Counted from the first letter of the stretch, positions 33,526 to 43,945 are shown. The stretch: DNA of 64,000 nt from an uncultured delta proteobacterium (GCA_963785725.1 CAWAWS010000047.1:96001-160000), one strand, 5' to 3'. The notes: generated by a model from the letters alone, not told the origin. Numbers and translations are program-made.

Positions 33526-34446
33526 TCAGAGGAGCGGACGCGTCTGGCCGACGTCGAAGATCCACAGGCGCTCGTCAGGCAATTTACGATCGGCGAAGAA
33601 GGCACGAATGCGCGTCGGCGGCTCGGCCAACGGCTCGTCGGTCAGCTTGAATGTGCCCCAGTGCATCGCGCACAACTGACGCGCTCGCAGCTGCAGGAAC
33701 GCCTCGCCCGCGTCTTCCGGATTCATGTGCTGCGGCTCCATGAACCAGCGCGGCTCATAGGCGCCGATCGGCAACATCGCCCAATCGATCGGACCGCAGC
33801 GTTGGGCGATCTCGCGGAAACCGTCGAAGAGCGCGGTGTCGCCGGAGTGATAGGCCACACCTTCGCGCGAGCGATAGACGAAGCCGCCCCACAGACCGTC
33901 GTTGCGATTCCAAGGTGCGCGCATCGACCAATGGCGCGCGGGGACGAGCGTGAGCTGCACGCCGTCCACTTCGTGTGACTGCCACCAATCGAGCTCGACG
34001 ATCCGTTCGGCGCCGGCATCCTCGAGCCAACGGCGATTGCCGAGCGGCGTCACGTAGAGCGGCTTGGGACCGATGCGACGAATGGTCGGCGCATCTAAGT
34101 GGTCGTAGTGATTGTGTGTCACGGTGACGATATCGATCGGCGGCAGCGCCTCGAGATCAACACCGGGCGCCGACTTTCGCTTGATGACCGCGAGGCGATC
34201 GGACCAAACAGGATCGGTCGCGATGACGAGGCCGCCCAAGCGCATGACGAACGTCGCGTGCCCGATCCACGTCAACGAAGGCGCGGACGACGCGATGAGC
34301 GGCAGATCGGGAGCGCGACGCGGTGGCGTAAAGCCGGGATCGGTCTCTTTGACGCGCCGGCCGGCGATGGTGTCGGTGATGCGCCAGCGGAGCATGTCGC
34401 CAGGCCCGCGCGCCGGCTGTGTCGCGCGATCGTCGAAGCGACCCAT
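33526..34446 (-). CDS. MBL-fold metallohydrolase (NAPE-PLD/RomA-like)
   Basis: WIGHAT, TDPVWS, THNHYDHLD, PARHWS.R, SGDT, PIGAYEPRWFM..QHMNP, MHWGTF. Confidence 0.92.
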   Translation of the reverse strand: MGRFDDRATQPARGPGDMLRWRITDTIAGRRVKETDPGFTPPRRAPDLPLIASSAPSLTWIGHATFVMRLGGLVIATDPVWSDRLAVIKRKSAPGVDLEALPPIDIVTVTHNHYDHLDAPTIRRIGPKPLYVTPLGNRRWLEDAGAERIVELDWWQSHEVDGVQLTLVPARHWSMRAPWNRNDGLWGGFVYRSREGVAYHSGDTALFDGFREIAQRCGPIDWAMLPIGAYEPRWFMEPQHMNPEDAGEAFLQLRARQLCAMHWGTFKLTDEPLAEPPTRIRAFFADRKLPDERLWIFDVGQTRPLL

Positions 34447-35333
34447 CAGACGGTGCGGCGAGCGCGCTCGGGAACGCTCTCGGTAATCCAGCTGTTACCG
34501 CCGATCACCGCGCCGCGGCCGATCACCGTCTCGCCGCCGAGGATGGTCGCGTTGGCGTAGATGATGACGTCGTCCTCGATCGTCGGATGGCGCTTGGCGG
34601 TCGCGAGCGCGCGCGCCTTACCCGTCGGCAGCGAGAGCGCGCCGAGCGTGACGCCTTGGTAGATGCGCACGCGGTCGCCGATAATCGTGGTCTCGCCGAT
34701 GACGACACCGGTGCCGTGATCGATGAAGAACGCCTGCCCAATCGTGGCCGCGGGATGAATGTCGATGCCGGTCTCGGAGTGCGCCAGCTCCGTCATCATG
34801 CGCGGGACGATCACCGCGCCGAGCTCGTACAGTCGGTGCGCGATTCGGTAGACGCAGATGGCGGCGATGCCGGGATACGAGAAGACGACTTCGTCGGCGC
34901 CGGTCGCGGCCGGGTCGCCTTCGAACGCCGCGCGCACGTCGGTCAAGAGCAGCGTGCGCAGCTCGGGGAGCGCGGCGATGATCCCGTTGCTGATGCGCGT
35001 CGCGCTTTGCTGACACGATCCGCAGTCGGAGCCGATACCGCGGCAACGATGGTGCAAGCCGCGATAGACCTGCTCGGTCAGGCGGACACGCAGCTGCGCC
35101 AACCGTGCTTCGACATGTGCCTGCAGCGACACGCCCGATGTCGGACGCTGACCGCCGGTCAAACCGGGAAACAAGAGCTCACGCAGGTCGGTGAGCGCGG
35201 CGTGGACTTCACGCGGTGAGGGCAGCTCGTGACCGGCCGTGATGGAGAGCGGCGATTCGGCTGCGTAGCTGGCTACGAGCCGTTCGGCGACATCGGAGTC
35301 GCGTAAGTCTGCGTCGGACTTGGAGCCGGACAT
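34446..35333 (-). CDS. cysE: Serine O-acetyltransferase
   Basis: GDPAA, YPG, GIDIHPAATIG, IDHGTGVVIGET, YQGVTLG, KRHPTIED. Confidence 0.92.
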   Translation of the reverse strand: MSGSKSDADLRDSDVAERLVASYAAESPLSITAGHELPSPREVHAALTDLRELLFPGLTGGQRPTSGVSLQAHVEARLAQLRVRLTEQVYRGLHHRCRGIGSDCGSCQQSATRISNGIIAALPELRTLLLTDVRAAFEGDPAATGADEVVFSYPGIAAICVYRIAHRLYELGAVIVPRMMTELAHSETGIDIHPAATIGQAFFIDHGTGVVIGETTIIGDRVRIYQGVTLGALSLPTGKARALATAKRHPTIEDDVIIYANATILGGETVIGRGAVIGGNSWITESVPERARRTV

Positions 35334-35349
35334 CGACTCGCATTGTACC

Positions 35350-35679
35350 CTACGTGACGTAAAACAGCGCGATTTGGTAGAACGCCAGCAACGTATAGAG
35401 CGGCAACAGGATGTAGAGCGCCGCGGCGGCCGCGCGACGACCGGGATGAACGGCGATCCCGATCACGCCGATAGAAGCCAGCACGTGCTTGGCGATCAAG
35501 AAGTGACCGGCGCCGCGATGCAACAGCGCCAACATGAACGGGTTCATCTCTGTCGCCCCGTGCTCCAAATGACGCAGGGTCGCGAACGCGTCGAGCAGGT
35601 TGAGCGCCAAAAGCGCGAAGCAAAGCGTAGTGGTACGAAGGTCGAGCGGTCGAGCGATGGTGCGCCGCAGCGTCTCCAT
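35350..35679 (-). CDS. Small membrane protein, DUF5658-like
   Basis: LNLLDAFAT...G..EMNPFM...F..AK motif with 3 TM segments. Confidence 0.75.
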   Translation of the reverse strand: METLRRTIARPLDLRTTTLCFALLALNLLDAFATLRHLEHGATEMNPFMLALLHRGAGHFLIAKHVLASIGVIGIAVHPGRRAAAAALYILLPLYTLLAFYQIALFYVT

Positions 35680-35691
35680 GGCCGTTGTCTC

Positions 35692-35707
35692 AGCAAGCCA
35701 TGTGCCG
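35692..35707 (-). promoter_or_regulatory. Sigma54 -24/-12 promoter
   Basis: Minus strand CGGCACATGGCTTGCT; predicted TSS about 35681, 2 nt before ATG 35679. Confidence 0.7.
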
Positions 35708-35770
35708 CGATGAAATGACGCGTTTGGCACCGTGTGGTGGAACTGAGTCGCCCGCGAAATGGACGTTTCG

Positions 35771-36667
35771 TTACCCGTTGAGCTTGGTCAATGCCTCATC
35801 GAGCCGCGACTCCTTGATGCTGACACGCGTTGGCATTCCGCCGCCGAGGCCGAGCAGCTTGACGAAGTCGATGCCGGAGTCGAACGCGGCCGCGAGCGTG
35901 ATCATGCCGGCGTCGCGAACGATGGCAACGGGCGCGCGCTTCTGTCCTTCGAGGAGCAGCATCGTCTTGTCGAACGCGGCCTTGGCGTGCACGGCGGCGT
36001 CGACGAAGACGGCTTTGCCGCGCGGTTCGAACAGCGCGGCGAGGCGCGTCGTTTCGGTGGCGATGCGATCGAAGTCGGCGGCGGCTTCGGCGATCTCGCG
36101 GCCGATCGCCTTGTCCTTCGATCCATCGACGAGCCAGCGCACGATGCGATGCTTGAGCCCCTCGTCGCGAAAATGCGCGCGCATGGCTTTGTCGATGAGC
36201 GCGCCGGTCGGCCCGGGCTCGCCGATGCGCGTGTCGACGGCGCGTGCGTCGTCATCGGCGCCGACGTAGGGCTCGACGCCGCCGAGGATCCATTTGACCG
36301 CCGAATACAGACCGTCGAGATCGACATGGGCGACCAGCGTGTCGATGGGGCCGGCTTCGCGCACGACGTCAGGCGTGACCATTTCGGGACAGGCGCCGTG
36401 CTGAGCTTTGGTCGCGAGCGTAAACCGGCGATCGTTTTTGAATTCGATGTGGCGATCGTGATCGTGATGATCGACCCACGCCGCGAGCCGTCCACCGAGC
36501 TCGCGGATGAACGCGCCGGTCGTCTCATCGAAAGGCGTGCCCATGCCGTCAGCGGCGAAGGCGATGTCGACGACGGCCACGCGACCGCGCAGCTTGCGTG
36601 CGTCGGGCAAATGACGCGGCGTCGTAAACACGACCTCGGGTAGCGTCGTCGGAGCGCGCGTCGTCAT
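35771..36667 (-). CDS. DHH-like phosphoesterase with unusual motif order
   Basis: VVDIAF, WVDHHDH, AHVDLDG, AVD, C-terminal GGG motif. Confidence 0.65.
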   Translation of the reverse strand: MTTRAPTTLPEVVFTTPRHLPDARKLRGRVAVVDIAFAADGMGTPFDETTGAFIRELGGRLAAWVDHHDHDRHIEFKNDRRFTLATKAQHGACPEMVTPDVVREAGPIDTLVAHVDLDGLYSAVKWILGGVEPYVGADDDARAVDTRIGEPGPTGALIDKAMRAHFRDEGLKHRIVRWLVDGSKDKAIGREIAEAAADFDRIATETTRLAALFEPRGKAVFVDAAVHAKAAFDKTMLLLEGQKRAPVAIVRDAGMITLAAAFDSGIDFVKLLGLGGGMPTRVSIKESRLDEALTKLNG

Positions 36668-36928
36668 CCGCGTACTCTAGGGACGTCGCGTCGATAGCGC
36701 AAGGAGCTCACGCGACGGCGATCGCGCGCGGCGAGCTTGTGCGCGGCAACCGTGCACGACGTGAGCGACCGGCGAGACAGAAAAGCGGGATTGAATCGAT
36801 CACTCGGCGCGAACCTGCGCCCACGCAAGCTCATCGCGGCGACGAGCTGCGCCGCTGCGGACCATGTCGGAATCGCGCGTGAGTGGACGCAAGTCACACA
36901 CGTCGATCGCAGCGAATGATCGCGTGAG

Positions 36929-37591
36929 TCAGCGGCGACGATGGCGGGCAGCGACACGATGTTTGCCGGCTGCGTGTGTGCGAGCTGAAGCGACCGGATG
37001 CGGCGCGGAAGACTTCGCGACTGTCGAGGTCGCTGCGGCCGCGGGCGGCGGCGTCACCGCGGCCAATAAGACGGGCGCGGTAGCGCTCTGCGCGACGGCA
37101 ATCATCGCGGCAGGCGCAGATGCCGCGCGGCCGCCGAGCAATGACACGAGGCACAGGACGATGACCGCAGCGGCAGCGCCACCGAGCAGCGTCAGCTTCG
37201 CGCCTTCCGATAACGACTTCCTCTTGAGGATGAACGCGGCGCTGTCGGCGGCGGACAACGTAGGCAGCGATGAGGCGGATGGAATCGAGGCGGCCCACGC
37301 CGCGCTCGGAATCGCTGGCGGACGCAGGACAGATTTGGGGATTGATGGCGGCAACAGGGCGGACTTGGGAATCGGCGGCAGCAGCGCGGATTTCGGAATC
37401 GGTGGCGGCGAGCCGCGCCGCGAACGCGCCGGCGTCTCGACGATGAACCAACGGTCGGTCGCTTCCGGCTTCGGACGCCACGGCGCACCGCCGAGCTCCT
37501 CGCAGGCGCGATCGTACGTCGGCAACTGCGGCCCGACGAGCTGATCGCGACACCATCGGCCAACCTGCGACAGAACGCTGGACATCGACAA
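36929..37591 (-). CDS. Hypothetical membrane-anchored Pro-rich protein
   Basis: GGAGG RBS, sigma54 promoter upstream, one TM, low-complexity tail ending in a basic stretch. Confidence 0.6.
   Translation of the reverse strand: MSMSSVLSQVGRWCRDQLVGPQLPTYDRACEELGGAPWRPKPEATDRWFIVETPARSRRGSPPPIPKSALLPPIPKSALLPPSIPKSVLRPPAIPSAAWAASIPSASSLPTLSAADSAAFILKRKSLSEGAKLTLLGGAAAAVIVLCLVSLLGGRAASAPAAMIAVAQSATAPVLLAAVTPPPAAAATSTVAKSSAPHPVASARTHAAGKHRVAARHRRR
37303..37409 (-). repeat. Imperfect coding tandem repeat (about 27-30 bp x4)
   Basis: Encodes PPIPKSALL-PPIPKSALL-PPSIPKSVLR-PPAIPSA. Confidence 0.7.
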
Positions 37592-37613
37592 CGCCTCCCT
37601 CGCCGCCCGTCAC

Positions 37614-37629
37614 AGCAAGCGCCGAGCCA
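37614..37629 (-). promoter_or_regulatory. Sigma54 -24/-12 promoter
   Basis: Minus strand TGGCTCGGCGCTTGCT upstream of the GGAGG RBS of the 37591 gene. Confidence 0.68.
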
Positions 37630-37771
37630 GTCCCACCGCACTGAACCCTGCGAAATCACGCGATAGAAGCGCAAGCGGCAACGGAACGCCCGGGGGCGGC
37701 GGCCCCAGCGAGCAACGCCGATTGCACCTTCTCAGACGCAGCGGCGATCGTGAGCCATGCGGCGGGATTTT

Positions 37772-37800
37772 TGGACGGCGTCGCGGCGAGCCTTCATAAT
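37772..37800 (+). promoter_or_regulatory. Sigma70 promoter
   Basis: TGGACG-N17-CATAAT ending 10 nt before ATG 37811. Confidence 0.5.
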
Positions 37801-37810
37801 GTAGGCGGTT

Positions 37811-38839
37811 ATGCCTGCTCGCCTCTCTTGCTCACTTGCACTGTTCGCGCTCGTTGGCACCGCGCACGCCGCGTCGGCCGAACCGGCCGCGATGCAGCCG
37901 TTGGACGCGGGCACGGGCTTCCGTCTCGAAGGGCGACCGGCGATCGACGACGTCTTCGGCGACGCGTCCGACTATCGGCGCACGGTCGATCGCTTCCTCG
38001 AGCTGACCGCGCAGATGCAGGCCATGCGCGACGAATTCGCGCGCTCGGTGCAGCTCGCGCTGAACGAACTGGGCACGCGCGGCGCCGACAAGCGAACCTC
38101 GCGACGGCGCGGCTGTCCGGTCGACACCGTCGCTGCGCCTTATGCGCGCGCGCACCATCTCGGCGGCGAATATCTGCGCGTCGGACGCGAGCTGACGCGT
38201 CATTACGAGCAGGTCAAAGAGTTCGACCGGCTCGGTGAGTCGATCGGGCTGACACCGGACTATCGTTGGAAAGTGAAGCGGGTGCTTCAGCAATATTCGG
38301 CGCTGCTGACCGACTACCGCGAGATGAAGCTGGCGTTCCACGATCAGTTGGTCGACGAGCTGCAATACGCGAGCTGTGATCTGCAGGCGCTCTTGATCAA
38401 GGGCGATCCGCAGGGCAAAGCGGTCGGGGACGACTCGTGGCCGCAGCCGGGACAGCCGGGCGCGCCGGGAGTGCAGATTGCGAAGGCAGAGCCGCCGCGC
38501 GAGACGATGCCGGCGAATTTACCGGCCGAGAAGTTGCCGCCGCCACAGCCGATCGTGATTCCGAAGCGTACGGCGCCGGCGGATCCGACGGTCGAGCAGC
38601 CGCGCTCGGGCGTGCTGTTTTATGTCGACAACACGCGCTGCCAGCGCGGCGCGACGGTGTTCATCGACGGCAAGAAGCTCGGCGAAGTGCCGGCGGCGAC
38701 GCGCGTCGGATTCCAGACGGCGCCCGGTCCGCACGATCTCTGTTTGCTCGACGGCACCAAGAAGGAGTGCGGCGCGCCCGGGACCGTGCGCCGATCGTAT
38801 TTGCACGAAGGCTGGACCATCTCGCTCCGCTGCGAGTAA
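37811..38839 (+). CDS. Exported helical protein with C-terminal PEGA-like domain
   Basis: Signal peptide (..GTAHA), coiled-coil core, Pro-rich linker, ATVFIDGKKLG...PGPH. Confidence 0.65.
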   Translation: MPARLSCSLALFALVGTAHAASAEPAAMQPLDAGTGFRLEGRPAIDDVFGDASDYRRTVDRFLELTAQMQAMRDEFARSVQLALNELGTRGADKRTSRRRGCPVDTVAAPYARAHHLGGEYLRVGRELTRHYEQVKEFDRLGESIGLTPDYRWKVKRVLQQYSALLTDYREMKLAFHDQLVDELQYASCDLQALLIKGDPQGKAVGDDSWPQPGQPGAPGVQIAKAEPPRETMPANLPAEKLPPPQPIVIPKRTAPADPTVEQPRSGVLFYVDNTRCQRGATVFIDGKKLGEVPAATRVGFQTAPGPHDLCLLDGTKKECGAPGTVRRSYLHEGWTISLRCE

Positions 38840-39070
38840 TCAGCGCCGACGCCGAACCGAAGCCTGCGTTCGGGTGACGAGCTTCGCCGCGAACGTTCAC
38901 CATCGAGAACGGGCCGAGCTTACCTTCGCGCGAGATCTTTCGCGCGGCCAAGAGTCGCCGGAAATAAAGCGCAGGCGCACGTTCTTACGACCGCGCTGCG
39001 AATCGTCAGCGCCGGACTATCGCGCGCGTGTTCGTCGGGCCGGCTTGCATCGAACGCGAACCGTGCGAGC

Positions 39071-41017
39071 TCAGCGGCGCATACGATAGGACTTCGACTC
39101 GATCGTCGACAACACGGACTTGGCGCGCCGGCGCAACGTCGGCGTCGTGCCCGACTTCACCGCGCGCTTCAACGCCGGCACCGCGCCCTTGCCGACGTAA
39201 TCGAGGAGCAGGCGGCGCGCGCGCGGATAGGTCCCGCGATCGGCGAGCGCGTGCACGCTGTTGCCGACGAGCGGCTCCGCCTTGCGCGCGCGACCATCGA
39301 GCGCGATCGCGAAGCGATATTCGCGCATGGCGTCGGTCCACCACTTGCGCTCGAAGTAGAGATCGCCGATGAGCGCGGCAATCTCACTGCTCTTCGACGC
39401 CGAGGGTGTCGGACGCGAACGGCGCAGCCGATACAGTCCCGCCAGCGCACCATCGGTGTCACCGCGACGAACCAGCGCACGCGCGTCACCGATGTTGCGG
39501 ATCGCGGGCGCATCGTGAGTCGGCGCCACCGGCTCGGGCGGCGTCCGATCGTCTTCATTCGATCCGTCAGTGGCCTTCGTCAGCGGCGGATCGGTGTCAT
39601 CGTCACCCTCGGTGCTGGCCACGGCCGGACCGCTCTTCTCGGCGGCTTTTGCCACCAATGCCGCGGTCTTGTCTCCGTTTGCGCCGGGCGATTCGGCGGC
39701 GGCCTTGTCGCCCGTTTTCGCCGAATCCGCAGCTTTGTCGTCCGTTGCCGGCGGCGTCGTGGGCGCGGATTTGGCGACCGCAGCTTTGTCGGCAGTCGCC
39801 GGCGCAGCGGGCGCGGTGGCAGCGTCGGGCATCGTGGGCGCCGCCGGCGTCGTCTCGCCATTCTCGGCGGCCGCGTGGCTCGGTTCGGGCGTGACCGGCG
39901 GGCCGTTCGTGGGCTCGACCGGCGCGACATGCGTTCGCGGATGGATCCAATCGCCGAGCGGCGAATAAGCGATCGCCACCACCGCCACCGCCGATCCGAC
40001 GAGCGCGCCGACCGCGATCCACAGCGGCGACACACGCGTGCTTCGGCGCACGCGGCCACGCGCGGACGGCGCTTCGGCGCGCGTGCTGTCGGCACCATTT
40101 TGCACCGACGGGAGACGCGGCGAGCTCGCGCTCAGCGCGCTGGTGTCGACTTTGATCTTGGCTTCGGCGGTGCCTTCGAGCGCCACCATCATGTCGCGCG
40201 CAGTCTGATAGCGCTTACTCGGATCACGCTGCATCGCGCGCTCGATGATGCCTTCGAGCTGCTTGGAAATGCCGACGCCCGGCTGCAGTGCCCGCGGCGA
40301 TCGCGGCGTCTCTTCGCGATGGCGGCGCAGAATCGAACGCACGTCATCACCTTCGAACGCCTTCGAGCCCGTCACGAGGTGATAGAGCAACGCGCCGGTG
40401 CAATAGATGTCGGAGCGGCGATCGCTGGGAACGCCGGCGGCCTGCTCGGGCGACATATAGCCGGGCGTGCCGATGGCGATGCCTTCGACGGTGACGTCGC
40501 GCTTGTCTTCGCCGGGCCACGCGAGCTTGGCCAAGCCGAAGTCGAGGATCTTCACGAAGTCGCCGCTGTAGCCTTCGGTCTCGACGATCATGATGTTCGC
40601 GGGCTTTAGATCGCGGTGCAAAATGCCGCGTTCGTGCGCGTGCTCGAGACCGGCCAAGATCTGACGCACGATCGCCACTGCCCGCTCGGGACGAACGGCG
40701 CCGTGATCGAGCAGATCAGCGAGCGTCTTGCCCTCGACATATTCCATGACGAGATACGGCGATCCGTCATCGATGCCGAAATCGACGAGCGCGACGCAGT
40801 GGGGATGATTCAGACGTGCCGTCGCGCGCGCTTCACGCTCGAAGCGATCGACGATGCCCGGCTTGTCGTGGAGGATGGCGTGCAGGAACTTGACGACGAC
40901 CGGACGACCGATGCCGACGCGCTCGGCTTTGTAGACGACGCCCATGCCGCCTTCCGCCAACATGGACTGCAGCCGGTAGCGACCTTGCAGCACCTTGCCT
41001 TCGCGCGGGTCCGACAT
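39071..41017 (-). CDS. Membrane-bound Hanks-type Ser/Thr protein kinase
   Basis: EGGMGVVY, VVKFL, HRDLKPAN, DFGLAK, GTPGYMSPEQ, TM, Ala/Pro linker, C-terminal TPR-like helices. Confidence 0.95.
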   Translation of the reverse strand: MSDPREGKVLQGRYRLQSMLAEGGMGVVYKAERVGIGRPVVVKFLHAILHDKPGIVDRFEREARATARLNHPHCVALVDFGIDDGSPYLVMEYVEGKTLADLLDHGAVRPERAVAIVRQILAGLEHAHERGILHRDLKPANIMIVETEGYSGDFVKILDFGLAKLAWPGEDKRDVTVEGIAIGTPGYMSPEQAAGVPSDRRSDIYCTGALLYHLVTGSKAFEGDDVRSILRRHREETPRSPRALQPGVGISKQLEGIIERAMQRDPSKRYQTARDMMVALEGTAEAKIKVDTSALSASSPRLPSVQNGADSTRAEAPSARGRVRRSTRVSPLWIAVGALVGSAVAVVAIAYSPLGDWIHPRTHVAPVEPTNGPPVTPEPSHAAAENGETTPAAPTMPDAATAPAAPATADKAAVAKSAPTTPPATDDKAADSAKTGDKAAAESPGANGDKTAALVAKAAEKSGPAVASTEGDDDTDPPLTKATDGSNEDDRTPPEPVAPTHDAPAIRNIGDARALVRRGDTDGALAGLYRLRRSRPTPSASKSSEIAALIGDLYFERKWWTDAMREYRFAIALDGRARKAEPLVGNSVHALADRGTYPRARRLLLDYVGKGAVPALKRAVKSGTTPTLRRRAKSVLSTIESKSYRMRR

Positions 41018-41023
41018 GTCTTT

Positions 41024-41692
41024 TCAGACTGAAGTGTAACCGAGATAGACGCAGTGCGCGCGTCCTCCGCGACCCGCGCGTTTCTTGTGCACGGTGAAGC
41101 CGGCGCGCGCCAACCGATGCTCGAACGGCGCATCCGGCTCCTCGGACCAAACCGCCAGCACGCCGCCTGGGGTCAACGCAGTATGAGCCGCGGTCAGAGC
41201 GCGCGATCCGTAGAGCGGATCCTCGCCTCGTTGGGTCGCTTGGTGCGGACCTTCGTAGAGATCGAGCAGGATGGCGTCGAACGATCCCGGTGCGGCCTTG
41301 GCGATGAAGCGGGACACGTCGTCGATGACGACCTTCACGCGCGGATCGGCCACGGCGCCATCAGTCAGCGCCGCTAGCGGACCACGGCACCACGCGGCGA
41401 CATCGGGGTTGAGCTCGACGACTGTCACTTTGCTCGTGTGCGGCAACAGATCGAGCGCCGCGCGCAACGTGTAGCCCATGCCCAGCCCACCGACGACGAC
41501 CGAGCGCAGCTTGGGCGGCTTTTGGTCGCGCAGCGGCAACGTCGCCAACGCCTCTTCGCTGCGACGCGCTTGCGACGTCATGAGCACGCGCCCGGCGATT
41601 GTTATGAGGAAATCGAGCTCGCCTCGCTGACGGAGCTCGAGCGCGCCTTCGGAGGTTGTGACGCGTGCGATCGTTTGCCACGGACGGGTCAT
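41024..41692 (-). CDS. Spermidine synthase-like SAM-dependent methyltransferase
   Basis: LMTS..R.SE, VGGLGMGYTL, VVEL, DAILLDLYEGP, GGVLAVWS. Confidence 0.85.
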   Translation of the reverse strand: MTRPWQTIARVTTSEGALELRQRGELDFLITIAGRVLMTSQARRSEEALATLPLRDQKPPKLRSVVVGGLGMGYTLRAALDLLPHTSKVTVVELNPDVAAWCRGPLAALTDGAVADPRVKVVIDDVSRFIAKAAPGSFDAILLDLYEGPHQATQRGEDPLYGSRALTAAHTALTPGGVLAVWSEEPDAPFEHRLARAGFTVHKKRAGRGGRAHCVYLGYTSV

Positions 41693-41733
41693 GCTTGACG
41701 GGATCACGATAGCCTAATACGTTTCCAAGCGAC

Positions 41734-42432
41734 ATGAGCGAGCGGGATCGCGGCGATCGGCCGAAGAAGTCGTGGCGGGAAATGGACGCCGCGCGCGATC
41801 GCGCCGGTCCGCGTCCGCCACGTGACAAGAACGATCGCCCGAGTCAGGGCTCGAACAGCAGCAGCAGCGGCGGAATGGACGCGCGCGCGTCCAAGTCGTA
41901 CCGCGCCGCGCTCGACGCGCTCTTCGCCAAAGGCGAAGTCGGCAAGCTGGCGGAGAAGCTGTCAGGAGCGCCCGGAGCGGCGCGCGTCGATCCGGTCGAT
42001 GTGGTGCACGGCCGCGAACAAAAGCGTGAATCGCCGCTCGATAACGCGCGATCGTCGGGCTCGTCGAGCGAGCGCGAAGCGCCGAGCACGCCGCGCGCGG
42101 CCGCGCCACCGCCCGAGCCGGTCAAAGAGGACGGGCGCGCGCCGCTGCGCAAGAAGGTCTTGGAAGCGCTCGGCCGCGACGAGATCACGCGCGCCGTCGA
42201 TCGCTACGTCAAGAGCCACGGCTGGCCGAACGACTTCGAAATCTTGGAGCAGGCGCTCGAGCACACCAAAGACGAGCGTCAGGCCGAAGCGATGGACCAG
42301 CTCGACAAGCTGCTGTCGAAAGAGAAGCCGAAGCGTTCGCGCTCGCTCGCAGGCAAGCTGCGCTTCATCGAAGAGACGACGGACTCGCCCGATCTGCGCG
42401 ATCAAGCCGCTCGTATTCGCGCCAAGCTGTAG
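41734..42432 (+). CDS. Hypothetical protein
   Basis: 232 aa, good codon usage, KKSWREMD N-terminal motif, helical C-terminal domain. Confidence 0.7.
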   Translation: MSERDRGDRPKKSWREMDAARDRAGPRPPRDKNDRPSQGSNSSSSGGMDARASKSYRAALDALFAKGEVGKLAEKLSGAPGAARVDPVDVVHGREQKRESPLDNARSSGSSSEREAPSTPRAAAPPPEPVKEDGRAPLRKKVLEALGRDEITRAVDRYVKSHGWPNDFEILEQALEHTKDERQAEAMDQLDKLLSKEKPKRSRSLAGKLRFIEETTDSPDLRDQAARIRAKL

Positions 42433-42562
42433 CCGTTCCGCACGCCTCGTTCACAACCCGAACGTCACCAAATTCCGCCGCGTTCGCGCGAGTGTGGAGC
42501 TTGCGCGCAGAGCGCGACGATCCGCGCGCGCGAACGGCGAGGCGCGCGCTCGCGCGCCCCAT

Positions 42563-43870
42563 TCACAGCTTGTATTTCTTGACTTTCTCGTACAGCGTTG
42601 ACGGAGAAATACCGAGCTGTTTCGCGGCCTTGGTCTTATTGCCGCCACATTGCTCGAGCGTCTGCTGAATGGCGTTCTTCTCGATGCTCTCGAGCGTCTT
42701 GCCGGCGAGCGGCAGCTTCTCCATCGTCGGATCGCGGCGCCGCGGCTTGAAGAACATGAGGTGACGCGGCTCGATTTGATCGCTGTCGCAGACCGCGGCC
42801 GCGCTCTCGATGACGTTGCGCAGCTCGCGGACGTTGCCGGGCCAGTCGTACGTCTCGAGGATGCGCATCGTCTCGGGCGAGATGCCGACCGACTTGCCCA
42901 ACGACACGAGCACGGTCTCGACGAGCACCGGCAGATCTTCGACGCGATGACGCAGCGCCGGCACTTGCACGGTGACGACCGATAGACGGAAGAACAGATC
43001 CTGACGGAAGGTGCCGTCTTTGACCTTCTGCTCGAGGTTGCGGTGCGTGGCCGCGATGATGCGGACGTCGATCGGAATTTCCTTCTGACCGCCGACGGCT
43101 TTGACGCGACGTTGCTCGAGCGCGCGCAACAGCTTCGGCTGCAGCTCGATCGACAGCTCGCCGATTTCGTCCATGAACAGCGTGCCGCCGTTGGCGCGCT
43201 CGAAGGCGCCTTCGCGGTTGGCGTCAGCGCCGGTGAACGCGCCTTTGACGTGGCCGAACAGCTCCGACTCGATCAAGTTGGGCGCAACGGCGGCGCAATC
43301 GAAGACGACGAACGGGCCTTTGCCGCGCCCGGACGCTTTGTGAATCGCGCGCGCCATGACGTCTTTGCCGCTGCCGGTCTCGCCGCCGATGAGCACGGTC
43401 AAGTCGGTGGCGGCGATGCGCTCGAGCACGCCGAAGACTTCGCGCATGCGCACCGAGCGGCCGACGACATCGCCGAACGAGTGGCGCGGGCTGACGGCGA
43501 TCTCTTCGGCGCGACCGTCGTCGGCCAAGAAGCGAATGCGCGTCTCGCCCACCGTGATCGTCGCGCCCGAGTGCAACAGGCCCTCTTTGATCGCGACGTC
43601 GCCGACGCGCGTGCCGTTGAGCGAGCCCAGATCGCGCAAGAGCCAACCTTCGTCGGTCTTGCGCAGCTCTGCATGGAAGCGGGAGGCGTGCTGATCTTCG
43701 ATCACCACGTCATTGGACGAGCCGGCGCCGATGCGAACATGCGGCACGCCCAAGACGAGGCTCTTCTCCGGTCCGCCATTACCGGGGATCACGATCAAGC
43801 GGGCTGTATGGTAGGCCGCCGGGTCGCGCGTCTTGATCGCGATAGTCGACGGACGCGAGTCGCGGGTCAC
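42563..43870 (-). CDS. FHA-domain sigma54 enhancer-binding protein
   Basis: FHA (IG...SRFHA...DLGSLNGT), [30 protein letters not shown], Fis HTH. Confidence 0.95.
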   Translation of the reverse strand: MTRDSRPSTIAIKTRDPAAYHTARLIVIPGNGGPEKSLVLGVPHVRIGAGSSNDVVIEDQHASRFHAELRKTDEGWLLRDLGSLNGTRVGDVAIKEGLLHSGATITVGETRIRFLADDGRAEEIAVSPRHSFGDVVGRSVRMREVFGVLERIAATDLTVLIGGETGSGKDVMARAIHKASGRGKGPFVVFDCAAVAPNLIESELFGHVKGAFTGADANREGAFERANGGTLFMDEIGELSIELQPKLLRALEQRRVKAVGGQKEIPIDVRIIAATHRNLEQKVKDGTFRQDLFFRLSVVTVQVPALRHRVEDLPVLVETVLVSLGKSVGISPETMRILETYDWPGNVRELRNVIESAAAVCDSDQIEPRHLMFFKPRRRDPTMEKLPLAGKTLESIEKNAIQQTLEQCGGNKTKAAKQLGISPSTLYEKVKKYKL

Positions 43871-43910
43871 TTTCCCAATACTAGCACGACACCATGGGGC
43901 TTTCCGATCC

Positions 43911-43945
43911 CTAGGCTTTTCGGACCCGGTCTCCGGTTTCCGGAG
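43911..43945. promoter_or_regulatory. Candidate upstream activator sequences
   Basis: CTAGG-CTTTT-CGGAC and CTCCG-GTTTC-CGGAG, centres 20 bp apart, about 80-115 bp upstream of the sigma54 promoter at 44025. Confidence 0.5.
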
